NCBI GenBank assembly: GCA_951406725.2
Contig: OX597833.1
Location: 69,626,001-69,690,000, forward strand
DNA from: Octopus vulgaris
Lineage: Eukaryota
Reading direction: 5' to 3'
Length of the DNA stretch: 64,000 nt
The translations under genes were made by a program, and so were the position numbers. Positions 1 through 13,806 of the stretch are shown piece by piece. The notes beneath the pieces were generated by a model, which saw nothing but the letters and a program-made list of their open reading frames with translations, was not told where the DNA came from and did not search any database. Each line of letters begins with the position of its first letter. The stretch's first letter is position 1.

Positions 1-40
1 ATATTACATAAGCATTTTATAATATTTCTTTCTTTTCTGC

Positions 41-115
41 AAACTCCCCGCGCACCTGTCGCTGATGGCTCGCGGACCGGCACCGATCCGCCGACAACCG
101 CTTTGTGCAGCACTG
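41..115. mobile_element. hAT (Charlie-like) MITE terminus, degenerate
   Basis: GC-rich cgcggaccggcaccgatccgcc followed by ctttgtgcagcactg and then ctctaaac. This resembles hAT/Charlie MITE ends (...tttgagtagcactg) and their NTCTAGAN target preference. The other end is not visible in the window. Confidence 0.45.
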
Positions 116-1070
116 CTCTAAACTACATACATATATGAAAGGTTGAGCAAAAGGAAAAACATCACGTGGAAATTAAGTACGTCTCTTTATGCTCTGAGTT
201 CGATTTCCTGACGAAGTGATCGATTTTACATTTCGAACATTAACTCTTGGCCCCGAAGTCAATGGAATAGAAAACTTAATATATCTGAAGTCTACCTTGA
301 ACTAAATGCAACCTAGCAACGCTGAATCAAAGCATCAACATTGTGTCGCATTTGTCAGAGGTTTTAATAATATGGCTTAAACAAATCTTAGTACAGAGAC
401 ACATAGATGACATCACCGATATCCGTAACGTTATGTAAAACGATGGAAAGAATGTTATGGCGTAATTGGAAGCCTTATTATAGTGAATCAATGAAGATTT
501 TGACGCCTTAAAGAAAATTAAGTACAATGGAAGTATATCGAAAAAATAATTGAAATATTTAACATAATAAATCGATTTGGAGAGTTACGACTTAAACAAT
601 TCAAACTGTGGTAGGCAATCAAAGATGTAATTAAAATCTTTAACATGACGGAATAATGTTGTGGAGATCTATGAATATACGAATCGAAATAGAAATAAAA
701 ATATTTGTAAAACTTGAAATATAAATAGATGCCGCTAGTATTTAATTAAACTTATGAAAATTATATTTATATTTAATGTGAAAATGTAATTATGAATATT
801 AAATTTAGAAACAAGTAAACTACACTACAGTTTCTGATCGCTGTCTTATGTGTGTATATATGTGTATATATGTGCGCGCGATGCTTATGTGTGCGTTTGT
901 GAGAGTATTAACACGCATGCTGATAGAGATACATGAATAGGAATGTTTATGCACACACACACACACACACACATACATACACACATATATATGTATACAC
1001 ACATACTCATTTATATATAATATATACATATACCCATATAAGTGTGTGTATATGCGCTTGTTTGTGTGTG

Positions 1071-1210
1071 TTTGTGTATGTAGGTATGTATGCATCGAAG
1101 TGCATACATATATGCATTTACCTATCTATCTCTCTCCCTCTCTCTCTCTTTATATATATATATATAGATAGATAGATACACTTCGATGCATACATACCTA
1201 CATACACAAA
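1071..1210. repeat. Perfect 32-bp inverted repeat with microsatellite spacer
   Basis: tttgtgtatgtaggtatgtatgcatcgaagtg (1071-1102) is the exact reverse complement of 1179-1210. The spacer is (CT)n/(TA)n/(GATA)n. Confidence 0.9.
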
Positions 1211-1982
1211 AACACACGTATATACATATATATGCATGTATATACATGGGCATATATATATATATATACATATATATATATGCATACACACACACGCATA
1301 TATATATATATGCGATTTCCCCCATAGATACCCATAAGCAAATTAACTAAAAAGCTAGTGGTCGGTCCAGGGGTATAGCAGGAATCACTATCCTATGGTA
1401 CCCCACCTTGAGACTAAACTTGAATGACCGTCATTGTGAAGTGAGCCTGTGTGTGCGTGTTCGCCAGTGTATGTCTGCATGTATAATGAGAATTTACGTA
1501 CATTAGAGAAATACGATTGTTCGTAAACACAACTATTCCCCCACAAGGCAGCATTTCGAGGCAGCCTTGTAGAGCGCATCCTGCATACATGCCACAATGG
1601 ACCAAGCTCGGAAATTACCTTTACAAGTCGCATTGCACCTATGCTAGAACTGAAGAATTAATTTTCACATAAAGTATTGTAATAGAATTCGGCAAAGATA
1701 TTTCTGTCGGTTAGTCTAGAGACATACAACATCGTTGTAGAAGCGATTGTAAAAAAAAAGTCACTAGAAATACTTATTTGCAGTAGTTTACTTTACTCGA
1801 TTTAAAAGATGTTTTGTTAATTCAATAGAGTAAATTTCTACGATTTCGTTGCCACTTTCCAAAGATTATAAAGCTTAGAGTTTCTAAGACCTCTTGATAT
1901 TTAAAGTTCATACACAGATCTTATCACAATTCAATATGTTAGAATAAAAGAAAGTTTGCTCTTAATCAATTGAGTTCGCGTG

Positions 1983-2120
<138 letters not shown>

Positions 2121-2122
2121 GG

Positions 2123-2173
2123 AGCTTCTACAGGACTAGTACTGTTTCATTCAAGAGAAATCTTCAGGAAGCT
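2123..2173 (-). ncRNA. Type I hammerhead ribozyme motif (probably from a Penelope-like element)
   Basis: Minus strand reads AGCUUC-CUGAAGA-U-UUC-UCUU-GAA-U-GAAA-CAG-UACUAGUC-CUG-UA-GAAGCU. It has stem I (6 bp), the CUGANGA box, stem II, the GAAA box, stem III ACAG/CUGU and a GUA cleavage triplet. Stem II closes with U.U rather than the usual R-Y pair. Confidence 0.75.
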
Positions 2174-2321
2174 ATTTAACAAGAATTGTATTAGCATTTA
2201 TACATTTAGGCAGGTTTAAAGGAGTGGTGGTGGGGGACTTTTTGGGGGTAGGCATAGCGCAAAATATCATACTTGGGGGAGTGGTCAAGGAGTCATTGGT
2301 AAGTTAGATGAAAGAATAGAT

Positions 2322-2505
2322 AAATAAAAAAATAAAAAATAAAAAATAAAAAATAAAAAAATAAAAAAATAAAAAAATAAAAAAATAAAAAGATAAAATA
2401 AAAATAAAAAAATATAAAAAAAAAATATAAAAAAATAAAAAAAAAAAAATATATATAAAAAATATATATATAAAATATATATATAAAAAAATATATATAT
2501 AAAAA
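2322..2505. repeat. A-rich (AAAAAAT)n low-complexity repeat
   Basis: Direct reading of repeated aaaaaat/aaaaaaat units. Confidence 0.9.
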
Positions 2506-2626
2506 AGAAGGGGGATAGAGTTATAGGTAAAGAAGGAGATTCTCACTTATACCTATACACACATGTATACGTATCTACACACACATACATACATACACAT
2601 ATATATACACACACATATATATACAC

Positions 2627-2683
<57 letters not shown>

Positions 2684-2828
2684 CACACATACATACATAT
2701 CTACATACTCACCTACATACACCCGCCCACATATACAAATTTATACACATGCACATGCCTATACCTGTCTATACATACACACACGTATATATGCATACAC
2801 TCACTCCCATGCATGCACGCATACACAC

Positions 2829-2865
<37 letters not shown>

Positions 2866-3496
2866 CACGACCACACATACATATATACACATAAAAATAT
2901 ATATTCATACGCACATACACTCATGCACACACAACACACCTAGTTCCCTATATACACATATTTACACCTATATATACATACACCCACATACACCCATGTA
3001 CACATATATATATATATAAACATATACACGCATACATATATATATACATGTGTGCACATACATACATACACACATATATATACATACACATACACATACA
3101 CATGTGTACCTATACATACCTACACATACACACATACATACATACAAATATACATATACATACATATATATACAATCCAATACAGTCCCATTCCCTAATT
3201 TTAATTTTATTATCTTCATTTATTACTTTTGTTATCTTTGATCGCTAGGGCTAAGAATCCTGGCAATGGCTGCATGTCCATTTGTCTGTCTACTAGAAGG
3301 CAAGTACTCATTCCCGCACGCACACTCATTAGCACGTACATTCACCCATTCGTACACTCATACACATACACGTACGCACGCGTTATATTCATACATACAA
3401 ACATCTACATACGTTCACGTATATACACATACGTACTCGTACCTACAGATTCGTGTCTACACTTTAGGAGGCTAGTCTATACATATACACCAATAA

Positions 3497-3529
<33 letters not shown>

Positions 3530-3581
3530 CCCGCATATACATACACACACACACATATATACTCCTACATACAGATACATA

Positions 3582-3663
<82 letters not shown>

Positions 3664-4199
3664 CGAAGGAATTCCAACCACGTTTCCTGGTTCGCTACCT
3701 AAACAACTCCTTTATGCGATCTACTGCCTAAGGACATCATCAGGAGGAACCACGTCCGGTTTCGGCCCCTACTCCTCTACCCTTTTCGATGTAGCGGGGG
3801 ACCCCTCTTCCAGAGGTTCCACAGCTGTAGTGCTGACTGCGATTTTTTTTTTTTTCATTATTCTTTGCATTTTGTTCTTTGACTTCTTCGATGCTGCGTC
3901 GAAGAATATCAGCGCACAAATGGTCGCCCTGGTAAATTCCCCTTTAAATACTCACCGGTAGGCTTCACGAGCCAGCGCTAGCGAACTGTCACGTGGCACA
4001 GTCTTCATAGAAAATGTCAGTAACTTAGATTTTCAACATGCTAGATCTTTATCAGTCTCAATTGACGATTATTCCCTAATCTTTGAGTTTCGTGTGCAAT
4101 TACTTACGTAGATAACTTGATATAAAATTAGTAAATGTTTGTGTGCGTGCGTGTGTGTGTGTTTGTGTGTCTGTGTGCGTGTGTGCGTGTATGTGAGGC

Positions 4200-4400
4200 A
4201 GTGGGCTGGCAAAATCATTAGCATGTCTGGAAAAATGCTTACTAACATTCTGTCTGTCTTAATCTTCAAATTCCGCCGAGGTCAGTTTTGCCTTCCACCC
4301 TCCAGTAACGATAATTTAAGTACATATTGAAGAGCAGGGTCGGTGTATACGACTTATCCTCACTCAAGATATTGCTGGCCTTGTGCCAAAATTTTTAGAC
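4200..4400 (+). mobile_element. SINE family B, old degenerate copy with long tail
   Basis: gctggcaaaatcattagca...ttcaaattccgccgaggtc...gctggccttgtgccaaaattt aligns by eye to the family B copies and to the tail at 39270-39310. Confidence 0.65.
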
Positions 4401-4639
4401 CAATGTATGTATGTGGGCTGTACGTGTGTGTGTATGTACGTGTCTTTGTGTCTATGTGCGAGTGTGTGTACGTGTGTGTGTGTGTGTGTGTGTATGTGTG
4501 TGTACGTGTGTGTGTGTACGTGTGTTTGTATGTGTGTTGAGTACCCTGGTTTCGAACAGTTACAATGACAGCTCAACACGGCATTCGGAGATATTAACAA
4601 GACAGCCATTGGTCACATGTGGGCAAGATCTCCTCCACA

Positions 4640-5175
4640 GTCTTGACCCTACAGCGCAGTGTCTTTCCCACGTACTTATGATGTATCGTTTTCGTGTAAG
4701 ACATTCAAAGATTACGCAGACCTACGCAACCGACATCATCATAAGTGATGATACAATTATGGAATATAATATGAATTCATATAAATTCTTAGATCGTGAA
4801 TATAATATGACATTGAATAACGAGAAATGTAAATTTTCAACTAAATTGATCACCGTTGTGATTCTAATCGATTTAGCTGACCATTTATCAAATTAGTCAT
4901 TGCGACTAATTTGACCCCTCACGTTTAACTCCTGTAAAAGCACGCCCGCCTTTGCTAATGAAAAATCCTTATCGCGTATTCAATATCCGGTCGCTTATTA
5001 ATGCCTATGGATTCTACGCTTCTCTGAAAGAATAAGCTATTCCATTAATATTCACTTTCCATATTCAGTGAAGTGTCAAACAGCAATGAATTTCTTAAAA
5101 TAAACTTTGCTGTATCCGAGGCTGTCAAAAAATGACACGTCCTTCCATGAAACAAATGATTTGCCCTGGTTGGCC
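4640..5175 (+). pseudogene. Decayed Ty3/Gypsy reverse transcriptase-RNase H fragment
   Basis: Translation YATDIIISDDTIMEYNMNSYKFLDREYNMTLNNEKCKFSTKLI resembles the gypsy YxDD...L.LN.EKC.F region. It is followed by KSLSRIQYPVAY*CLWILRFSERI, resembling KSL.R..G..AYY..WIP.FSE. Stops and frameshifts are present. Confidence 0.55.
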
Positions 5176-5655
5176 ATGCGATTACTTTAGTTTACTTCTT
5201 TCCGTGGTTCTTAACCATTTATTTCCTATCGTCTCCTGTTATTATTATCTTTTTCTAGTGTCCCCCACCCACATCCATTCAATGTTTAAAGACCAGAGAT
5301 ATAGATAACTGTTTCAAAATACTTATTTTGTTTATTAAACATTCGCTTGTACAGACTGAACTCCATAAAAACGTTGGCGAAAGAAAACTTAATATTTTTG
5401 GCAATAAATACGTCTGAAGCAGAATATTGTCGTGGACACCGAAGGCACTTCTGTGGACCCAAGTTACTCTTCTGCTTGTGTCAGCCGCTCCTCCCTAAAA
5501 ACCAATCTTATATGAACCCCCATGAGTGGGGGGTAAGGATCCCGGTTGGAAACGATAGATGTAAAAGTCAGTTTTGAGGTTAAAAATGGAAGAATATTAC
5601 CCTGTCGCTCAAACTTTATACGATAATATTAAGAAATTTCACTTCATTCAGAAAT

Positions 5656-5897
5656 GAACCGCTAAGTGACGGGAGCGTAAACACATCATAATCGGGTGTC
5701 AAGCGAAGGTGGGGGGATAAACACAGCCACACACAGATATATATACATATGTGTGTGTGTATATATATATATATATCTATATATATATATATGAAACGGG
5801 CTTCATTCAGTTTCCGTCTACCATATCCATTCACAAGGCCTTCGTCAGCACGAGGCTATAGTAGAAGACATTTGCCCAAGGTGCCACACAGCCACAC
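5656..5897 (-). mobile_element. SINE family A, partial
   Basis: gaaccgctaagtgacggg...cagtttccgtctacca...ggctatagtagaagaca...tgcccaaggtgccac matches the reverse complement of 11707-12097. Confidence 0.85.
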
Positions 5898-6183
5898 TTA
5901 AAATATAGGGGCCATATATGATATAAGCAACACTTTGCATGCTTTATCATTTCACTTCCTACAATCATTTTCCTTATTTACCATGGAGAAAGGTTAAGAG
6001 CACTAACGAATGGCATAAAAATAAAGCTCGTCCTAAATCTGGGCGAGAGATGTTTTATATTTTTGAAATGTAACAAAATAGCGTACGTCTACATTTGCGA
6101 AGACTATATCAGTATGGGTATATGTGTGTTTGCATGCTCATCTGTGAGTGTGTATGTCAAAAATACTGCATAAGGAAATAGAA

Positions 6184-6253
<70 letters not shown>

Positions 6254-6412
6254 CATATACATATATAGATACATGCATGTAAAATTATTTGAAAGATTCT
6301 GCAAAAATATGTTACCATTAGAACGCGAAAAGCTCTTATCTATCTAACTACCTATATACTTATCTAGCTGTCTGACAATTCATCTATCTATCTGTCGAAC
6401 TCTCTATCCATT

Positions 6413-6515
<103 letters not shown>

Positions 6516-6528
6516 CATTCTATTTATC

Positions 6529-6690
<162 letters not shown>

Positions 6691-7044
6691 CACATAAGCA
6701 TGTGTTGAAAAATATACAATATTATATAATTATAGATTTTGAGACACGTGTGGAAACAATGACGTTTACTCATCGATCATACTTTTAATGACATCGTTAA
6801 GTTGGAACGTATGTAGTTCACCTGCTTCATTCTCAAAACATAACAGGCATTTGTATATTCTCTTATGTAATTTGTAAATTAGGCATTACTTCTCAATAAA
6901 TTCTATGAATAAGATAATCTCGTTTGGTTATATTTCTGGCTTTTGTTTTACATATTTTCATTTAGCATAAGAAAACAATATATGAACACCCGCCCACACG
7001 GATGTGAATGTTTAATATATATATATATAATATATAATAATAAT

Positions 7045-7098
<54 letters not shown>

Positions 7099-7099
7099 T

Positions 7100-7131
<32 letters not shown>

Positions 7132-7357
7132 CATATACAAACACATATATATATATACACATATGTATATATATAAGTATATAGATATGTATGTATGTAT
7201 GTATGTATGTATATATATATATATATATATATACATATACAATTACATATATATATACACATATGTATATATAAGTGTATATATATATATGTGTGTGTGT
7301 ATGCATATATGTATGTATGTATGTATATATATATATATATATATATATACATACATA

Positions 7358-7410
<53 letters not shown>

Positions 7411-8229
7411 GCACAGATTTATGTTTGCAGAAACATTTATATATACATATACTTGTGGATATACATATATATATATATATATATTTAGTCATCTATATAT
7501 GTGTGGGGGTAGTGGCGTGTGTATCGATGTATGAATTGTGTAGCCTGTAGAGAGGGAGAAATTCATAAACGCGAATAGAATATCAAGGCGTAATACTTTT
7601 GCGTAGATACGTGCGTGTCCTTGTTTCACTGTGCGTTTCTTCTCAAAGGCTTCTATGATTCTACACACACATATACACACATACAGACTCTCACACACAC
7701 ACACACACACACACATTCGCTGATACGCCCACCCACAATCACCTAAGCGCACTCATAGATATAATGAACGCGTACATCAATATGCACATGCCCCTGTTGA
7801 TGCCTACTAATTATAACGACACCACATAGTTATTCTGTGTCCATTGATGAAACCGGAATTCAATCGTGATTGACAAGAAATACGATGTCATTCTCAATCA
7901 TTTGCCATATTGTTTCTCCACACAACACCTCCAAAGCGAAATAGGTTTAACTTTTGAGTGGTTATTTTTGTATTCTTGTGCTTCTTATATCTGGAATCTG
8001 CAGTATTAATTATCTTTATAGATAACTTTTACCTGATTCCTATGTTATTACGGAAGACACCTATATATATATAAAGATAAATTATATTTCACTGCACGTT
8101 GATGAAGCGATATGCAAATGGAATTGTTTTAAATCACTTATCTCGTGTACGTTTTGACATGCTGTAATTATATATAGATATATATGCAAGCGCGCGCACA
8201 CACACACACACACACGCGATAGTACACAC

Positions 8230-8231
8230 AC

Positions 8232-8312
<81 letters not shown>

Positions 8313-8796
8313 GAAACTGATAGACTGAGAGATAAACGGACAGATATATATATATATAGAGAGAGAGAGAGAAACTGATAGATAGATAGATAGATAGAGA
8401 GAGGGAGACAGACAGACAGACAGACAGATAGAGAGAGAAGCTGATAGACTGTGAGATAAACGGACAAATAGAGAGAGATAGAGAGAGAAACTGATAGACT
8501 GATTGATATATAGAGAGATAGAGAGAGAGGGAGGGGAAACTGATAGACAGACAAATAGATATATAGACATATACGTACATACATACATACATACATACAT
8601 AGACAGATAGATAGATAAATAGAGACAGACAGACACACAGACAGACAGACACACAGACAGACAGATCACAGACAGCCTGACAAACTGATAGATACATTGA
8701 CAGATAGAGAGCGAAATAGAGAGAATGAGAGAGAGAGAGAGAGACAAACTGGTAGATAGATAGACAGACAGATAGAAAGTAAGATAGATATATACC

Positions 8797-8846
<50 letters not shown>

Positions 8847-8884
8847 CATTCATACATACATAGGAGTAAAGGAGAGATACAGAC

Positions 8885-8921
<37 letters not shown>

Positions 8922-8925
8922 GGCA
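8230..8925. repeat. Compound GA/GATA/GACA repeat with recurring aaactgatagac spacer
   Basis: The unit gagagaaactgatagactgagagataaacggaca recurs near 8310 and 8433. Shorter aaactgatag cores occur near 8373, 8487, 8536, 8681 and 8747. Confidence 0.85.
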
Positions 8926-9182
8926 AACAGAGGGTTATACAGAGAGATAAATAGACCGATAAATATACGCATATTTATGACATACATGCATGCATAGATT
9001 TATATTCCTATATACATGATTGTATACCATTCTATACGAGTTTGAATCTATAATTTAACATACATATGTCTGTGCGTGCCTGCGTGTGTATGCATGTATG
9101 CATGAGTAGATCAGTGTGTATACGCATAAACCTGTACCTGTTCGTGTGCCATTGTTATTAGCATTAGTGGTAGTAGTAGTAT

Positions 9183-9247
<65 letters not shown>

Positions 9248-9745
9248 TCCTTTTTAATGGTTTTTTTTCCTGCATATTCTATGTATGTGATAATTTGAAG
9301 TAGATAAATATTATTCTCTCTTCTCTTGTCTTTTCTTTCAACAAACGGATAATCTATTGCTAAAAATTTGCATTATAATTATTTTCTGTTCCATACTATA
9401 TGAATGTGAGTATATGTAGGCGTATGTGTATATATATATATATATATAGTGTGTGTGTCTGTGTGTGTGTGTGTGTGTGTGTATATATAGATTTATATAT
9501 GAATACTAGACATGTATATTTATGTACATATCTATACATATGTATACATGAATGTATGTATACACACCTATATACATATTTATATTTATATTTATATTTA
9601 TATATATATATATTATATTTATATTTATATTTATGTATTATATTTATATATATATATAACATATATATATATATATATATATATTAGACATGCATATTTA
9701 TGTACATATATACACATATATATATATATATGCATGTATATATAT

Positions 9746-9797
<52 letters not shown>

Positions 9798-10105
9798 GCA
9801 TACACACATACATACATACGTTTATGCGTGCATGTGTGTGTATGGTTGCGTATATGTATTTTGCGCTTTGCTAAATTCCCAGTAAGTTGCGAATTAAATA
9901 CTCTTACATATATTTTCTTTCAGGTATTTCGATAACATGACAATTATGTTAACATCAGTGCATTCATATTAAAAATCCCATTTCACAGCATCGTGTTTAC
10001 ATAATTTCATATATATATATATACCTACATACATATATACACATAGATATATACATATTTATTTAAAGATACATATGCATACATCTGTAAATATATATAT
10101 ATATA

Positions 10106-10152
<47 letters not shown>

Positions 10153-10164
10153 TTATATATGTTT

Positions 10165-10211
<47 letters not shown>

Positions 10212-10741
10212 TGTATGTACGCATGTGATTGTTTTTGTGTATTAATAGGTATTTGTGTATAGGGGTGTGCTAAATTACAACCATAATTTTTCTTTAGTTC
10301 TGGCATCTGCCACTGTTTCAACATAAGTGTATATATATACATATATGTATCTGTGTGTATGCGTGTGTGTATGTGAATTTGTGCGTCTATGAATGCTTGT
10401 GTTTGTGTGGGCGTTTGATTCTGTACGTGTCTGTGTGTGTGTGAGCCTGTGTTATTGATCTGTCGGTATATTTTTTTTCTGTTAGCCTTCCGTATCATTA
10501 TTGCAAATCATTTTTAACTAAATATGTTTTGTCGTGTCATAAAATAGCATCAATGTACAGAGAAAAAAACATAAACACAAATACTATTTAAAACCTACCG
10601 AAGATAGATATTTAAGTAATCACATTAGATATAGAGGATATATATATAATCATATATATGTTGCGAAGTTTTTCTATTGTCGACACAGCCTACACCAAGA
10701 AATACATTTCATATACATATATGTATTTCTCTTGTATCTAA

Positions 10742-10786
<45 letters not shown>

Positions 10787-10815
10787 AGGAAGATGGTTAC
10801 AACAGCATATACGTG

Positions 10816-11120
<305 letters not shown>

Positions 11121-11121
11121 A

Positions 11122-11321
11122 GCTATACGACACGCCCTATGTCCTTATATTTTCGTAAAAGGGAATCTAGCACCCCCATACAGCTCAAAGCAATATCTGT
11201 GATTTCCAGGTTATTTCTCATCATCAGCACAGAATGATTGTTCGGCTAGAGGTGGCGCTGAGTGGGGGGGTGCTACATTCCCTTGTTTGAAAATATAAGG
11301 ACACAGATCGTGTCGTATAGC
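11122..11321. mobile_element. 200-bp MITE-like element with ~56-bp imperfect terminal inverted repeats
   Basis: gctatacgacacg...tgtccttatattttc...aagggaat.tagcaccccc (11122-11177) is mirrored at 11266-11321. No clear TSD. Confidence 0.75.
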
Positions 11322-11460
11322 CAGCTGGACACGATGTCTCCGAGGGCTAAATTACAGCAACATTTGTCCTAAACAAGACTGCCGTGTTATGCTGGCAAAC
11401 AATCTTTACTACAAAGTACTGTTGCTGAATATCTCACCTTATCTATATTGTAACTATAGA

Positions 11461-11692
11461 AGGCGGCGAGCTGGCAGAAACGTTAGCACGCCAGGCGAAA
11501 TGCGTAGCCGTATTTCGTCTGTCGTTACGTTCTGAGTTCAAATTCCGCCGAGGTCGACTTTGCCTTTAATCGTTTCGGGATCGATTAATTAAGAACCAGT
11601 TGCGCACTGGGGTCGATATAATCGACTTAATCCGTTTGTCTGTCCTTGTTTGTCCCCTCTATGTTTAGCCCCTTGTGGGTAGTAAAGAAATA
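11461..11692 (+). mobile_element. SINE family B, full-length with 16-bp TSD
   Basis: ggcggcgagctggcagaaacgttagc (A-box-like)...gagttcaaattcc (B-box-like)...gtaaagaaata. TSD tatattgtaactatag at 11444-11459 and 11693-11708. Confidence 0.92.
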
Positions 11693-11706
11693 TATATTGT
11701 AACTAT

Positions 11707-12095
11707 AGGCGCAGGAGTGGCTGTGTGGTAAGTAGCTTGCTTACCAACCACATGGTTCCGGGTTCAGTCCCACTGCGTGGCATCTTGGGCAAGTGTCTTC
11801 TGCTATAGCCCCGGGCCGACCAATGCCTTGTGAGTGGATTTGGTAGACGGAAACTGAAAGAAGCCCGTCGTATGTATGTATATATATATATGTGTGTGTG
11901 TGTGTATATGTTTGTGTGTGTCCCCCTAGCGTTGCTTGAAAACCGATGCTGCTGTGTTTACGTCCCCGTCACTTAGCGGTTCGGCAAAAAGAGACCAATA
12001 GAATAAGTACTGGGCTTACAAAGAATAAGTCCCGGGGTCGATGTGCTCGACTAAAGGCGGTGCTCCAGCATGGCCGCAGTCAAATGATTGAAACA

Positions 12096-12097
<2 letters not shown>
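11707..12097 (+). mobile_element. SINE family A, full-length (tRNA-like head, CORE-like segment, internal microsatellite)
   Basis: tggctgtgtggtaag (A box), gggttcagtccc (B box), cttgggcaagtgtcttc (CORE-like), internal (TA)n(TG)n, and a 3' ggcggtgctccagcatggccgcagtc end. More than ten related copies occur in the window. Confidence 0.92.
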
Positions 12098-12130
<33 letters not shown>

Positions 12131-13352
12131 CATGTATAAACATATATATATATGTATATATATAAATAAATATATATATATATATATAAATACATTAGTG
12201 CAGACGGGAAACTAAACTAAGCAGGAAGAAGCAGAGGTACATTGAGTAAGAAAATTGATGAAATGACTTTCGGTTCATTTCTCCTGCTATTATCTTAGCT
12301 CTATATCGAAGTAACAACATACAAAATCGTGATGCGTCGGAAAATCTATGCAATAAATTTAAACATCTGGCTATCGTCTGCTGAGTGACTGTAGCTTATG
12401 TATGAACAGAAAACATTATAAACATGAAGTACTTTAAGATATTTTTACATTATCTCTCTCTATACGGAATTAACTACTGATCTGAATTATTCTATCAAAT
12501 ATATTTATTGTGTAGACTAATTATATTTGGAACTTTTCTGAAGGTATCCTCAGAGAAACTGAACTGCTTATAGATCTCAAGGGAAAACTTGTGAGAGAAA
12601 ATGTTTTAGAGCTGACATTTACTTAAAGTATCCAGTTTATAAAATTTCTCTAAAATCTCCTGAGACTGTTTATGTCTAAATGATTTTCGTTTGAATCTAA
12701 ACACGGATGATGGTTGAAAACAATAGCATTTTCGCTTCTTTGAATTATATAATAATCTATTGGATATTTATGTAGAGATTCTTTGTTTTTTTATCACAAA
12801 ATAATTAAAATTAAAAGGGATATATATGCACTTACTTAATTTAACCTCATTTTATGATATACTTATCTAGTCTTTATATTTCTGAGAACATAATTCGAAA
12901 ATGCGACAGTAAGATAATCGTAACATACAAGAAACAAAAAGTGAAAACGATTCACTGTTTGCAATTCATGTTATTATGAACTGCTTTTATATTAAGACTG
13001 TAAACAATGGAGCTTGCCAGAAAATCATTTCTCCCATCTGAAAATATCGCCAGCCATTTAATTGCGATCTCGGACTTGTCATATAAAAGCACTGAAATCA
13101 GAATAGAGTCTGAAACGTTCAGATTAAAATGATATAAGTTTCTACTCTTGGCCGTATTTGCTGAAGTTTACAGTTTCAGTCCCCCAGTCGCCATTGTTAA
13201 TGTGTCTTTCGTTGCTCTTCAAAATACGTTTGATAAAAGATACCGGCAAGACGAACTGCAATAAAAAATAAAATACGGGTCAGTCATGAAAATATGTATG
13301 TATATATATATATATATATATACATGCATACCTACGTACCTACATACATACA

Positions 13353-13416
<64 letters not shown>

Positions 13417-13427
13417 TGTGTGCGTGT

Positions 13428-13806
<379 letters not shown>

